Below, piece after piece: positions 11,592 through 21,994 of a DNA stretch of 34,810 nucleotides. How positions within the stretch are numbered: the first letter of the stretch is position 1; the number at the start of each line of letters is the position of its first letter. Location of the stretch: contig NIVC01004801.1 of NCBI GenBank assembly GCA_002269645.1, forward strand, positions 1 through 34,810, written 5' to 3'. The position numbers and the translations under genes are program-made. The stretch is from Macrostomum lignano (Eukaryota). The notes under the pieces are model-generated. The model was given only the letters and a program-made list of their open reading frames with translations. It was not told where the DNA came from and did no database searches.

Positions 11592-12062
11592 CATGGATGA
11601 AGGAATAGAAAGGATCGCTCATCTGAAATCGAGTCTATGGCCAAGACCTCCTAAAGATTGGGATGTCCCCCCCTATGAATTTCATTGGCTGCTGGAATTT
11701 AATAATAGTCCCCCCTAAGTTCTGGCTGAAGCTTGTACGCAGGGGAAATTCCAAAGTCAAATTAGAAATCTATAACTGCTTTCTTCCTCTGGGCCACGAC
11801 GGCTTAAGGGAAAGAAATTCGCAGTTAGAACAAGAGAAAATGTTATCTATGTTAATACTACAGCCTAGCATGCGCGTTAATCGTGAATTTCCCCTGCGTA
11901 CAAGCTTCAGCCATTAATAACTTAGGGGCACTATTATTAAATCCAAACAACCAATGAAATTCATGGGGGGGGAATATCCCATTTTTTAGAAAGTCTTAGC
12001 CATAGACTCGCTTTCAGATGAGCGATCGATAATCCTTTCTATTCCTTCATCCTTCATCCATG
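11592..12062. mobile_element. P-type MITE (471 bp) nested in the left TIR of the Tc1-like element
   Basis: Termini CATGGATGAA...TTCATCCATG, ~160-bp imperfect TIRs (11592-11751 and 11885-12062), and an exact 8-bp TSD CAGCGTAT (11584-11591 and 12063-12070). Confidence 0.92.
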
Positions 12063-12326
12063 CAGCGTATGCAAACTATATAGCGCTCAAGGGGAAGAGA
12101 ATGAGTGTCTATGGTAAATTTTTAGAGAAAGTGACTTCGAATTCGTCTAAGTAAGTGAAATTCGTCAGTGCAAATACAGCCTGATCAGAAAAAGTGTTTG
12201 CTTTGTCCATGGTAAGAAAAGAAGGTGTCTATGGTAAATTTAAGTAAGAAAGCGAGTGAAGTTCGTCTGTGGAAAAGTAGCCCAATTTCTTGAAATCTTC
12301 ATTTCATGCTTTGATTGTTGTCAGAG

Positions 12327-13385
12327 ATGCCCTACATGAGAATTTCGTCTGTGGATCGCTCTAGACTCGTGCGATGTTTTCAACAAGGACGAGACTGGAG
12401 ACAACTCGCAATTGAACTGGATATCAAGAGGACAATTGCCAGTGACATCATCAGGAGATATGTTAATGAGGGTAGGATTGTTCTTAACGCGCGTGGAGGT
12501 GCAGTGAGACCAAAGTTTTCTGAGGAGATGCTCGGAGCGTTGACGAGGTATGTGGAAGAGAAGCCGACTGTGACCCTCAAAGAAATGCAGCAAAAGCTTG
12601 TTGTGGATTTTCCTGCTGCTCCTGCTGTGACAACGCAGGCAATCAGTCGTCGGCTTGACGGGACTTTGTGCGTTACATTGAAGGATGTACGATGAGTTCA
12701 TGGAGATTGGAACAGTGGCGTGACAAAAGAGGCTAGATTATTTCTACACATGACCTGGATGCTGGAGACCGGCCTGCTGTAAGGAATTTAATCTACGTAG
12801 ACGAGTGTGGGTGCAACCTGTGGACGGCACGAACTAAAGGATGGGCGGATTTTGGCGATCGCGCAGTAATGATTGCTAATGCGCAGCGTGGGCAGAATCT
12901 GACGGTAGCGCTCGCTGTTAGCCCGCAGTTGGGACTGGTCCACCACCGCATCTTTGTGGGTGGCTTTACAGCAGAGAGGTTTCATGAGTTTATGATTGAA
13001 GGCGGGACTCTTGTTGATGATGAATTCACGGCACTTGCTGACAATGCCAGAGCACACGGAGTTGTGAATTTCGGGCGTCCTGACCAGAGGCTTCAGTTCT
13101 TGCCACCTTATTCGCCTTTCTTGAACGCCACTGAAATGGCAAATTTCTTGCATGAAGGTGGCCCTGAAGCAGCGCATGACTGACCCTCAAGTTGTCTTTG
13201 AAGTTCAGGATCGTCAGGCGGCTGTAGCAGCAGGTGAGACCCTGCAGAACCGGCGTCTTCGCATTTTCAGTCGAGAATTGGAAGCTGCAATGGCTGAGAT
13301 CACGGAGGAGAAATGCCGACAATGGCATGAATTCACACTTCGTTACGGACCGCGCTGTCTGGCCCACGCAGACATTTTGGATTGA
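12327..13385 (+). pseudogene. IS630/Tc1-like DDE transposase, disrupted
   Basis: N-terminal HTH (RDWRQLAIELDIKRTIASDII), then LIYVDECGCNLW, RGQNLTVALAVS, LADNARAH and FLPPYSPFLNATE. Stops at 12693 and ~12780; frameshifts near 12785 and 13146. Confidence 0.92.
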
Positions 13386-13655
13386 CTGAATTTAGTTACT
13401 GATGAAGACCTTCTGCGATTTTAGAAGTCTGTTTTCCTGTTCTGTTTGTTTTTTTGCTTTTGTTGCTGTTGCTTTTGTTGACAGTACACACAGTTTGCAC
13501 TGACGAATTTCACTTACTTAGACGAATTCGAAGTCACTTTCTCTAAAAATTTACCATAGACACTCATTCTCTTCCCCTTGAGCACTATATAGTTTTGCAT
13601 ACGCTGAAAAATTTGAACTCACTTTTGACGAATCCGAAGTTGAAAAGTTATAGTA

Positions 13656-14109
13656 TTGCTTTTGTCAGCCTAACTGAGAATAAAGCCATCCAAAGTGAGA
13701 ATCCTGCCTACGCTGACTGCGAAGGGCCTGGCTGCGTGCAGCCTTAGTCTATGGGCCATAGAGAATAAAGGACAAGCAAAGTGATAAAAAGCCATCCAAT
13801 GTGAGAATCGATTGGTCTATGCGTCGTATTCTTTTATTTTTATACCTTCTGAGCTTCTGAGCCATATGACTAGCCAATCCTAGCTTATCCTTTATAGTCT
13901 ATGGCTCATAGACTAGGCTGGACGCAGCTAGGCCCTTCGTATTCAGCGTAGGCAGGATTCTCACATTGGATGGCTTTTTATCACTTTGCTTGTCCTTTAT
14001 TGTCTATGGCCCATAGACTAAGGCTGCACGCAGCCAGGCCCTTCGCAGTCAGCGTAGGCAGGATTCTCACTTTGGATGGCTTTATTCTCAGTTAGGCTGA
14101 CAAAACCAA
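13656..14109. mobile_element. Foldback MITE with TA flanks
   Basis: TTGCTTTTGTCAGCCTAACTGAGAATAAAGCC... at 13656 is the reverse complement of ...GGCTGACAAAACCAA ending 14109. Arms are ~150 bp, with three internal GTCTATGG(N)(C/T)CATAGA palindromes. Confidence 0.8.
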
Positions 14110-14115
14110 TATATA

Positions 14116-14763
14116 CTAGCAATCTACGCCCCCCCGTTGGGGAGCCAAAGAAAGAATGTAAAGATGTAATGTAGCAAGCAATCCCCCAGACAGCAAGCAT
14201 CCCCCAGACAGCAAGAATCCCCCAGACAGCAAGAATCCCCCAGACAGCAAGCATCCCCCAGACAGCAAGCATCCCCCAGACAGCAAGTATCCCCCAGACA
14301 GCAAGCATCCCCCAGACAGCAAGCATCCCCCAGACAGCAAGCATCCCCCAGACAGCAAGTATCCCCCAGATCTAGACAGCAAGCAATCCCCCAGAGCTAG
14401 ACAGCAAGCAATCCCCTAGAGCTTGACAGCAAGCAATCCCCCAGAGCTAGACAGCAAGCAATCCCCTAGAGCTTGACAGCAAGCAATCCCCCAGAGCTAG
14501 ACAGCAAGCAATCCCCCAGATCTAGACAGCAAGCAATCCCCTAGATCTAGGAAGCAAGCAATCCCCCAGATCTAGGCAGCAAGCAATCCCCCAGATCTAG
14601 GCAGCAAGCAATCCCCCAGATCTAGACAGCAAGCATCCCCCAGACAGCAAGCATCCAACAGACGTAGCAAGCACCCAAGACCCGGGGCACACACAGACAG
14701 ACCATTTTTAGCATCAGTCATATATGCTTTGAGTTGGCACTGCAGTCAAATACATAGCAGTGA
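14116..14763 (-). mobile_element. Non-autonomous Helitron with internal minisatellite
   Basis: Minus-strand 3' end CTCCCC-AAC-GGGGGG hairpin + CGTAGATTG + CTAG|T. A candidate 5' end A|TCACTGCTATG lies at 14763. The 3' end is well supported; the 5' boundary is less certain. Confidence 0.7.
14173..14675. repeat. Minisatellite: 19-bp (CCCCCAGACAGCAAGCAT-type) units followed by ~25-26-bp AGATCTAG/AGAGCTAG variants
   Basis: Directly visible tandem array. It explains the spurious MLAVWG / LLSGGC repeat ORFs. Confidence 0.95.
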
Positions 14764-14897
14764 TAGGCCGCTCAGTGTGCGGGCAGAGCCAATGCACTGT
14801 TAATGAAATCTATAAATAGCAATTGTCTATGCAGTCCACCAGTCAGTCAGGGTCTTAATGTATTACACACGCAGCCACTGAGCATTTTTCTCTCCTA

Positions 14898-15066
14898 AGC
14901 AAGCTCCCCAAGACAGCAAGCTCCCTCAGACGGCAAGAATCCCCCAGACAGCAAGCATCCCCAGACAGCAAGCTCCCCAAGACAGCAAGAATCCCCTATA
15001 CAGCAAGCATCCCCCAGATAGTAGGCATTCCCCAGATAGCAAACATCACCCAGACTTAGCAAGCAG
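14898..15066. repeat. Second, degenerate block of the same 18-19-bp minisatellite
   Basis: CCCCAGACAGCAAG-type units with more substitutions. Confidence 0.85.
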
Positions 15067-15411
15067 TCGACCAGTAAGCGCCCTCACAAAATTCTACATT
15101 GATGCCCCGCAAAAGTAATGTTTATATTATTGTCATTAATGCAAGAGATTTCCGGGCATCAATGTCGAAAATTCCGGGCTCTGTGTTATTACACAGAATG
15201 CAGTTGAAATGTCTATGGCCATTCTTTCTTTTGATTTGCGAGCTCTGGGCCATAGACGAAGTTTTGATGGTCCAGGTCTAGAGATGGACAGTAAAACTGA
15301 AGGAGCTAGAAAAATGCTAAATATATTTTTTCAAATCTGTCAGAACTAAGCTGTGCTTGAGTTCTGAAAATGATCAACCATTTAATTAATTATTCCAATC
15401 TGCCGGGAGAA

Positions 15412-15820
15412 ATGGTTTCCGGTATGTCGACCGAAGAGCTGGCGTGGGTATCATCCGAGTCGAACAGCCGGTATTTGGAGGAACTGAGCGAAGAATTTGC
15501 GCGCAAGATCGAATCAGAAGAGATTCTCGACATTCCGGAGGACGTGATGCAAGAGTTAAATCAGCTTGAACGAGATGGAATACCGGACTCCTCCGCCCGG
15601 CAGATGGAGGACAATGTGAGCCGCTTCAAGACTTTTCTGGAAGAAATGAAACTGTCAACGGATCTGCTGCGAATTCCAAAGTCGATTCTGGCTAATTATT
15701 TGCGTTTCTTCTATTCGACACTGCGAACAAAGGACGAGCGGTACTATGCTCCAGCAAGTCTCATCTGCATTAGAGCCGGACTGCATCGCTTTTTCTGTCT
15801 CAGTCGCCCAGAGATTAACA
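15412..15820 (+). pseudogene. Crypton-like (tyrosine-recombinase DNA transposon; DUF3504-family N-terminal region) fragment
   Basis: LANYLRFFYSTLRTKDERYYAPASLICIRAGLHRFF matches the L..YL..FY...R..DG..Y.P.SL..IRAGL.R pattern of Crypton and KIAA1958/KCTD1-like proteins. The catalytic YR region is absent. Confidence 0.7.
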
Positions 15821-16114
15821 TTAACATTAACTTCTGCTGTTATTTTTTTGCCTCTGTTTCACACTGTTGTTCTATTTCGCTCTATTACTGAAATAGAAAA
15901 TACCATAGACAATAGACAAGGCACGAATTGGCACATTGACGCCCGGAAAAGGGACGCTTAAGCCCGCAAAAAATAATGACAATACTTTTAAAGTGCACTG
16001 GCTGATATCTCTCCCTTATGCAAGAAAGCATGTTTTCGAATACTCATATTGAATTTTTTATAGCTCGTAGCATCCAAGCTACAAGAAATTGAAGTTTAGT
16101 CTATGGCCATAGAC

Positions 16115-16346
16115 ATATTGAGCTCTCACTACAAGAAAAATACACTAATTAGATAGGGAAAACACCTGTTTTTCACCTTTTACAGGTACTTAACATTGAT
16201 CAAAACATACCAAAAACTAATCATACCATCTCTGATAAATTTCCTACAAGTTGGTCAAAAAATGGAGAAAATTGGTCAAACGGTTTGCTCTTAAACGTGT
16301 CGCACACACACACACACACACACACACTCACGTTTAGTATAATGGA
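16115..16346 (-). mobile_element. 5' head fragment of another Helitron family, with (TG)12 microsatellite
   Basis: Minus strand starts TCCATTATACTAAACGTGAG(TG)n..., paralleling the array units' TCTTAATACTAAA + microsatellite. It abuts the 3' end of unit 1 exactly. The left boundary is approximate. Confidence 0.6.
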
Positions 16347-16479
16347 CGAGGCCAACTCCTCCTCTGGAGGAGAAAGGGGAAGAATTCCCATCCCCGGAAT
16401 TCCATTCCCTGAAATCCATCAGCTGAATCCCATGACCTGAATCCCATCATCCAACTGTTCTCCAAATCAATCAAAATCC

Positions 16480-16860
16480 TCTCCGCAAAACTGAACACTA
16501 TCAAAATCCTCTACTCGAAACAGAAATCCTCTCCGTGCAACTGAAAACCACCGAAATCCTCTCCGCGAAACAGAAATCCTCTCCGTGCAACTGAACACCA
16601 TCGAAATCCTCTCCGTGAAACTGGACTCCATCAAAATTCTCTCCGCAAAACAGAAATCCTCTCCGCGAAACAGGCTCCGCGAAACAGAAATCCTCTCCGC
16701 GAAACAGGCTCCGCGAAACAAATATCCTCTCCGCGAAACAGAAATATTCTCCGCGAAACAGAAATCCTCTCCGTGAAACTGAAGAACATCGAAATCCTCT
16801 CCGTGAAACTGAAAACCATCGAAATGATCTCCGTGAAACTGGACTCAATCGAAATTTTTT
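16480..16860. repeat. Internal satellite block of AAATCCTCTCCGYGAAAC-core 20/30-bp repeats (unit 1; shorter in other units)
   Basis: Repeated GAAATCCTCTCCG(T/C)GAAAC(TGAA/AG) units; copy number differs per unit. Confidence 0.92.
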
Positions 16861-16894
16861 AAATCAAAAAGAATCAACTCTCAGGATTCATTGG

Positions 16895-16922
16895 TTAGGG
16901 TTAGGGTTAGGGTTAGGGTTAG
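16895..16922 (+). repeat. Interstitial telomeric repeat (TTAGGG)4TTAG in unit 1
   Basis: Directly visible. Equivalent tracts at 18181-18202, 19814-19835, 21020-21041, ~22255-22270, 23639-23666, ~24920-24935 and 26156-26173. Confidence 0.95.
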
Positions 16923-17917
16923 AGCTGCACAGAGCTGCGTGTTAAAAGGGGCCGATAAAAAATTAAGCTAATTGAATCAATAATTGATTGCGGCTGCGCA
17001 GTTTATTTCTCAGTCAGTCAGAATCAGTCTCAGGAAAAGTTAACAAAAAGATTGCGCAATCTAAATCAACCCTCCAATACACAGCGACCGACTCCCTTCC
17101 AATACGCAGTGGCAGCTAGAAATTGAACCGCGCAACTGTTGGGGAGTCGGTCGAACCCCTATTAAACCCCAAAATGAGTACAATCTTTGCAAATAGTTAA
17201 AAGTATGAAAATAGTTTTCCCAATGGAGCTGCACAGTTTTCATATTTAACTCAAACAACTTATATCCCCGAACTCAGAGTTGCAAGATCTTTCCAGAAAT
17301 ATAAGTTTCTCCTCTCAAAGTTTAAAACTCGAGGAACAGTTTGCGTTTGAAATTTACCAATTTTCCGACTGCTTGCTAGAGAAGCTCGCAAGTTTATTCA
17401 TTGAATTTCACTGCCAAGCTAATACACAGGGCTGCCTATAGAGAAAAAAAGGCGCCAATAATAAAACCAATTGAATCTCGACACAGTCCTTATCTATCTG
17501 TTTACACTGTACAACTGCTATGTACACTCAGCCCAGGCCCAACCCCCGTTCTGGGAGAAGCATTAAATTTAATTCAACCCCCAACACGCGAGGGGTTTTA
17601 TTTGCATTGAACGTAGAACACGCGGACCCCCCTCCCTCAATATACAGCGATTCGCGGGCGGAGGTTGGGGTGGCTATTTTTACAAACAGACCGCCAACTC
17701 TCTTACTGGAAAGACAGAAGGGCCAAAGAAGGTTAAAAGCTGTTTTCTGCTTTTTTAGGGATGTTGAAATGTGAAAATGGAAGATTAAAATAGCTATAAA
17801 CCCAATCCGGAAAATTTGCAGTTTTCCCATATAAGTTTCGACGCTGACTTGCAAGTAGTCTAGGAGAAAAATTGCAACACACATACAGACAAACATCGCA
17901 CCACTTTTAGTATTAAA

Positions 17918-19550
17918 CGAGGCCAACTCCTCCTTCGGAGAAGAAAGGGGAAGAACTCCAATCAGCGGAATTCCATTCCCTGAACTCCATCAGCGGAATC
18001 CCATTTTCCAACACCTCTCCGCGCAACAGAAATCGTCTCCGTGAAACTGAACACTATCGAAATCCTCTCCGTGAAACTGAACACCATCGAAATATTCTCC
18101 GCGAAATAGAAATCCTCTCCGTGAAACTGGACTAAATCGAAATTTCTACGTCAAACAGCCCAGCTCTCAGAATTCATTGGTTAAGGTTAGGGTTAGGGTT
18201 AGAGCTACACACAGCTGCGTGTTGACAGACGCCGTAAAAACATTGAACCAATTAAATTGCGCAACTTATTTCTCAGGCAGTCAGTATCAGCCTCAGTTAA
18301 AGTTAACAAAAAGATTGCGCAATCTAAATCAACCCTCAAATACACAGCAACCGACCCCCCTTCCAATACGCAGTGCATCTAGAAATTGAACATCCCCCCT
18401 CACCAACTATTGGGGGGTCGGTCGAACCCCCATTGAACTCCAAAATGAGAACAATCTTTGCAGAAAGCTAAAAGTATGAAAATCTTTTCTTGAATGCTGT
18501 GAATTTAATTTTCATATTTAAAGCAAAAAACTTATATCCCCGAACTCATCGCAGCAAGATCTTTCCAGCAATATAAGTCTCTCCTCTCTAAGTTCAAAAC
18601 TCGAGCAACAGTTAGTGTTTGAAACTTTCTGATTTTAAGCATTGAAATATCGAGTGTACGTTCACTGGCTGCAACAGTGAATTGCAATTGTCTATACAGT
18701 CAGCCCGTGCGCCAAGGTCCAAGTGCACACGAAATGATTGCGCAATCTAAATCAACCCTCCAATACACAGCGACTGACCCCCTTCCGCAGTGGCAATTAA
18801 AAGTTGAACCGCCCCCCCTCCCACCAACTGTTGGGGGGTTGGTCGAACTTCATTGAACCCCAAAATGAGTACAATCTTTCCAGAAAGTAAAAAGTATGGA
18901 AGTTGTTTTCGATCGCTGTGTTTTTTCTTTTCACATTTAAAACAAACAACTTATATCCCCGAACTCAGTGTTGCAAGATCTTTCCAGCAATATAAGTCTA
19001 TTCTTTTAAAGTTTAGAACTCGAGCAACAGTTAGCGTTTGAAATGTCCCGATTTAAAGCATTGAAGTATCGAGTGTACGTTCACCTGCCTGCTAAAAAGG
19101 CTCGCATGTTGATGCATTGAATTTCAGTGTGCAAAAAATACACCGGGCTGCCTAATTGAAAATCAGAGCACGTATCGTTGCGCAATTGTCTATACAGTCA
19201 GCCCGTGCGCCAAGGTCCAAGTGCACACACGCCGCCACTGAAACGCGAGCACCCCCACTGGAGAGAAAATACACTGCAGAGATAGGAGAAAGTTATGGCG
19301 CAATCGCTCAAAATTCATGCAAATTTTTAGCTCCAAGCAGAAAGAGGGGACAAATAAGATTATCAAAGGTCAAGATTGCAGTTTTTTGCTTTTTTCGGGA
19401 TCTTAAAATGTAAAAATAAAAAATTGAAATAGCCCACTGCCATCCTCGGAAAATTTGCAGTTTTCCCAAATAAGTTTCGACGCTGACTTGCAAGTCGTCT
19501 AGGAGGAGATATGTATCACACAGACAAACAACGCAGCAGTTTTAGTATTA
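17918..19550 (-). repeat. Array unit 2 (1633 bp; chimeric, internal restart at ~18732)
   Basis: First part matches units 3/4; after ~18732 the internal core repeats in a different variant. Confidence 0.88.
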
Positions 19551-20787
19551 CGAGGCCAACTCCTCCTTCGGAGAAGAAAGGGGAAGAACTCCAATCAGCG
19601 GAATTCCATTCCCTGAACTCCATCAGCGGAATCCCATTTTCCAACACCTCTCCGCGCAACAGAAATCGTCTCCGTGAAACTGAACACTATCGAAATCCTC
19701 TCCGTGAAACTGAACACCATCGAAATATTCTCCGCGAAATAGAAATCCTCTCCGTGAAACTGGACTAAATCGAAATTTCTCCGTCAAACAGCCCAGCTCT
19801 CAGAATTCATTGGTTAGGGTTAGGGTTAGGGTTAGAGCTACACACAGCTGCGTGTTGAAAGGCGCCGTAAAAACATTGAACCAATTAAATTGCGCAACTT
19901 ATTTCTCAGGCAGTCAGTATCAGCCTCAGTTAAAGTTAACAAAAAGATTGCGCAATCTAAATCAACCCTCAAATACACAGCAACCGACCCCCCTTCCAAT
20001 ACGCAGTGCAGCTAGAAATTGAACCCCCCCCCTCACCAACTATTGGGGGGTCGGTCGAACCCCCATTGAACTCCAAAATGAGCACAATCTTTGCAGAAAG
20101 CTAAAAGTATGAAAATCTTTTCTTGAATGCTGTGAATTTAATTTTCATATTTAAAGCAAAAAACTTATATCCCCGAACTCATTGCAGCAAGATCTTTCCA
20201 GCAATATAAGTCTCTCCTCTCTAAGTTCAAAACTCGAGCAACAGTTAGTGTTTGAAACTTTCTGATTTTAAGCATTGAAATATCGAGTGTACGTTCACTG
20301 CCTGCTAAAGATGCTCGCAAGTTTATGCATTAAAATGCACTGAATTTCACTGTGCAAAAAATACACAGGGCTTCCTGTTAAAAAACAGAACACAAATAGT
20401 TGCGCAATTGTCTATAAAGTCAGTCAGTGAGCCAGGGTTCAAGTGTACACACGCAGCCACTGAGAACGCGACCATCCCCCCACTTGAGAGAAAATACACT
20501 GCCAAGATAGAAAAATTTTATGGCGCAATCACTAAAATTGATGCAAATTTTCAGCTCCAAGCAGAAAGAGGGGACAATTAAGATTATCAAAGGTCAAGAC
20601 CGCCATTTTCTGCTTTTTTAGGGATCTTAAAAATTGAAAATGAAAGATTAAAATAGCCTAAAGCCATCCTCGGAAAATTTGCAGTTTTCCCATATAAGTT
20701 TCAACGCTGACTTGCAAGTATTCTAGGAGGAGTTATCCAACAAACACACACACACACAGACAAACAACGCACCAACTTTAGTATTAA
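19551..20787 (-). repeat. Array unit 3 (1237 bp)
   Basis: Near-identical to unit 4. Confidence 0.9.
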
Positions 20788-21994
20788 GAGGCCAACTCCT
20801 CCTTCGGAGAAGAAAGGGGAAGAACTCCAATCAGCGGAATTCCATTCCCTGAACTCCATCAGCGGAATCCCATTTTCCAACACCTCTCCGCGCAACAGAA
20901 ATCGTCTCCGTGAAACTGAACACCATCGAAATATTCTCCGCGAAATAGAAATCCTCTCCGTGAAACTGGACTAAATCGAAATTTCTACGTCAAACAGCCC
21001 AGCTCTCAGAATTCATTGGTTAAGGTTAGGGTTAGGGTTAGAGCTACACACAGCTGCGTGTTGAAAGACGCCGTAAAAACATTGAACCAATTAAATTGCG
21101 CAACTTATTTCTCAGGCAGTCAGTATCAGCCTCAGTTAAAGTTAACAAAAAGATTGCGCAATCTAAATCAACCCTCAAATACACAGCAACCGACCCCCCT
21201 TCCAATACGCAGTGCAGCTAGAAATTGAACCCCCCCCACCAACTATTGGGGGGTCGGTCGAACCCCCATTGAACTCCAAAATGAGCACAATCTTTGCAGA
21301 AAGCTAAAAGTATGAAAATCTTTTCTTGAATGCTGTGAATTTAATTTTCATATTTAAAGCAAAAAACTTATATCCCCGAACTCATTGCAGCAAGATCTTT
21401 CCAGCAATATAAGTCTCTCCTCTCTAAGTTCAAAACTCGAGCAACAGTTAGTGTTTGAAACTTTCTGATTTTAAGCATTGAAATATCGAGTGTACGTTCA
21501 CTGCCTGCTAAAGATGCTCGCAAGTTTATGCATTAAAATGCACTGAATTTCACTGTGCAAAAAATACACAGGGCTTCCTGTTAAAAAACAGAACACAAAT
21601 AGTTGCGCAATTGTCTATAAAGTCAGTCAGTGAGCCAGGGTTCAAGTGTACACACGCAGCCACTGAGAACGCGACCATCCCCCACTTGAGAGAAAATACA
21701 CTGCCAAGATAGAAAAATTTTATGGCGCAATCACTAAAATTTATGCAAATTTTCAGCTCCAAGCAGAAAGAGGGGACAATTAAGATTATCAAAGGTCAAG
21801 ACCGCCATTTTCTGCTTTTTTAGGGATCTTAAAAATTGAAAATGAAAGATTAAAATAGCCTAAAGCCATCCTCGGAAAATTTGCAGTTTTCCCATATAAG
21901 TTTCAACGCTGACTTGCAAGTATTCTAGGAGGAGTTATCCAACAAACACACACACACACAGACAAACAACGCACCAACTTTAGTATTAAGAAGA
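20788..21994 (-). repeat. Array unit 4 (1207 bp)
   Basis: Near-identical to unit 3, with one fewer satellite repeat. Confidence 0.9.

Larger units (their letters stand above)
11527..13653 (+). mobile_element. IS630/Tc1/mariner-superfamily DNA transposon with long TIRs
   Basis: Right TIR 13494-13653 matches the left TIR 11527-11591 plus 12071-12174 once the nested MITE is removed. TA flanks at 11525-26 and 13654-55. Inner direct repeat at ~12225-12270. Contains a DDE transposase pseudogene. Exact termini are approximate. Confidence 0.85.
16347..17917 (-). repeat. Array unit 1 (1571 bp; expanded satellite block; extra internal module shared with unit 6)
   Basis: Starts CGAGGCCAACTCCTCC, ends TTTAGTATTAAA. 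Confidence 0.9.

Noticed and set aside
14018-14382. ORFs MLAVWG... / LLSGGC... as repeat proteins
   Set aside because: Translation artefacts of the 19-bp minisatellite.
16480-16860. Repeat-spacer-like pattern resembling a CRISPR array
   Set aside because: The intervening sequences are themselves repeat variants, there are no cas genes, and the context is a spliceosomal intron; this is an internal satellite.
16895-16922. True chromosome end or telomere fusion
   Set aside because: The tracts are at most 4 repeats, share one orientation and sit at a fixed position in each repeat unit.
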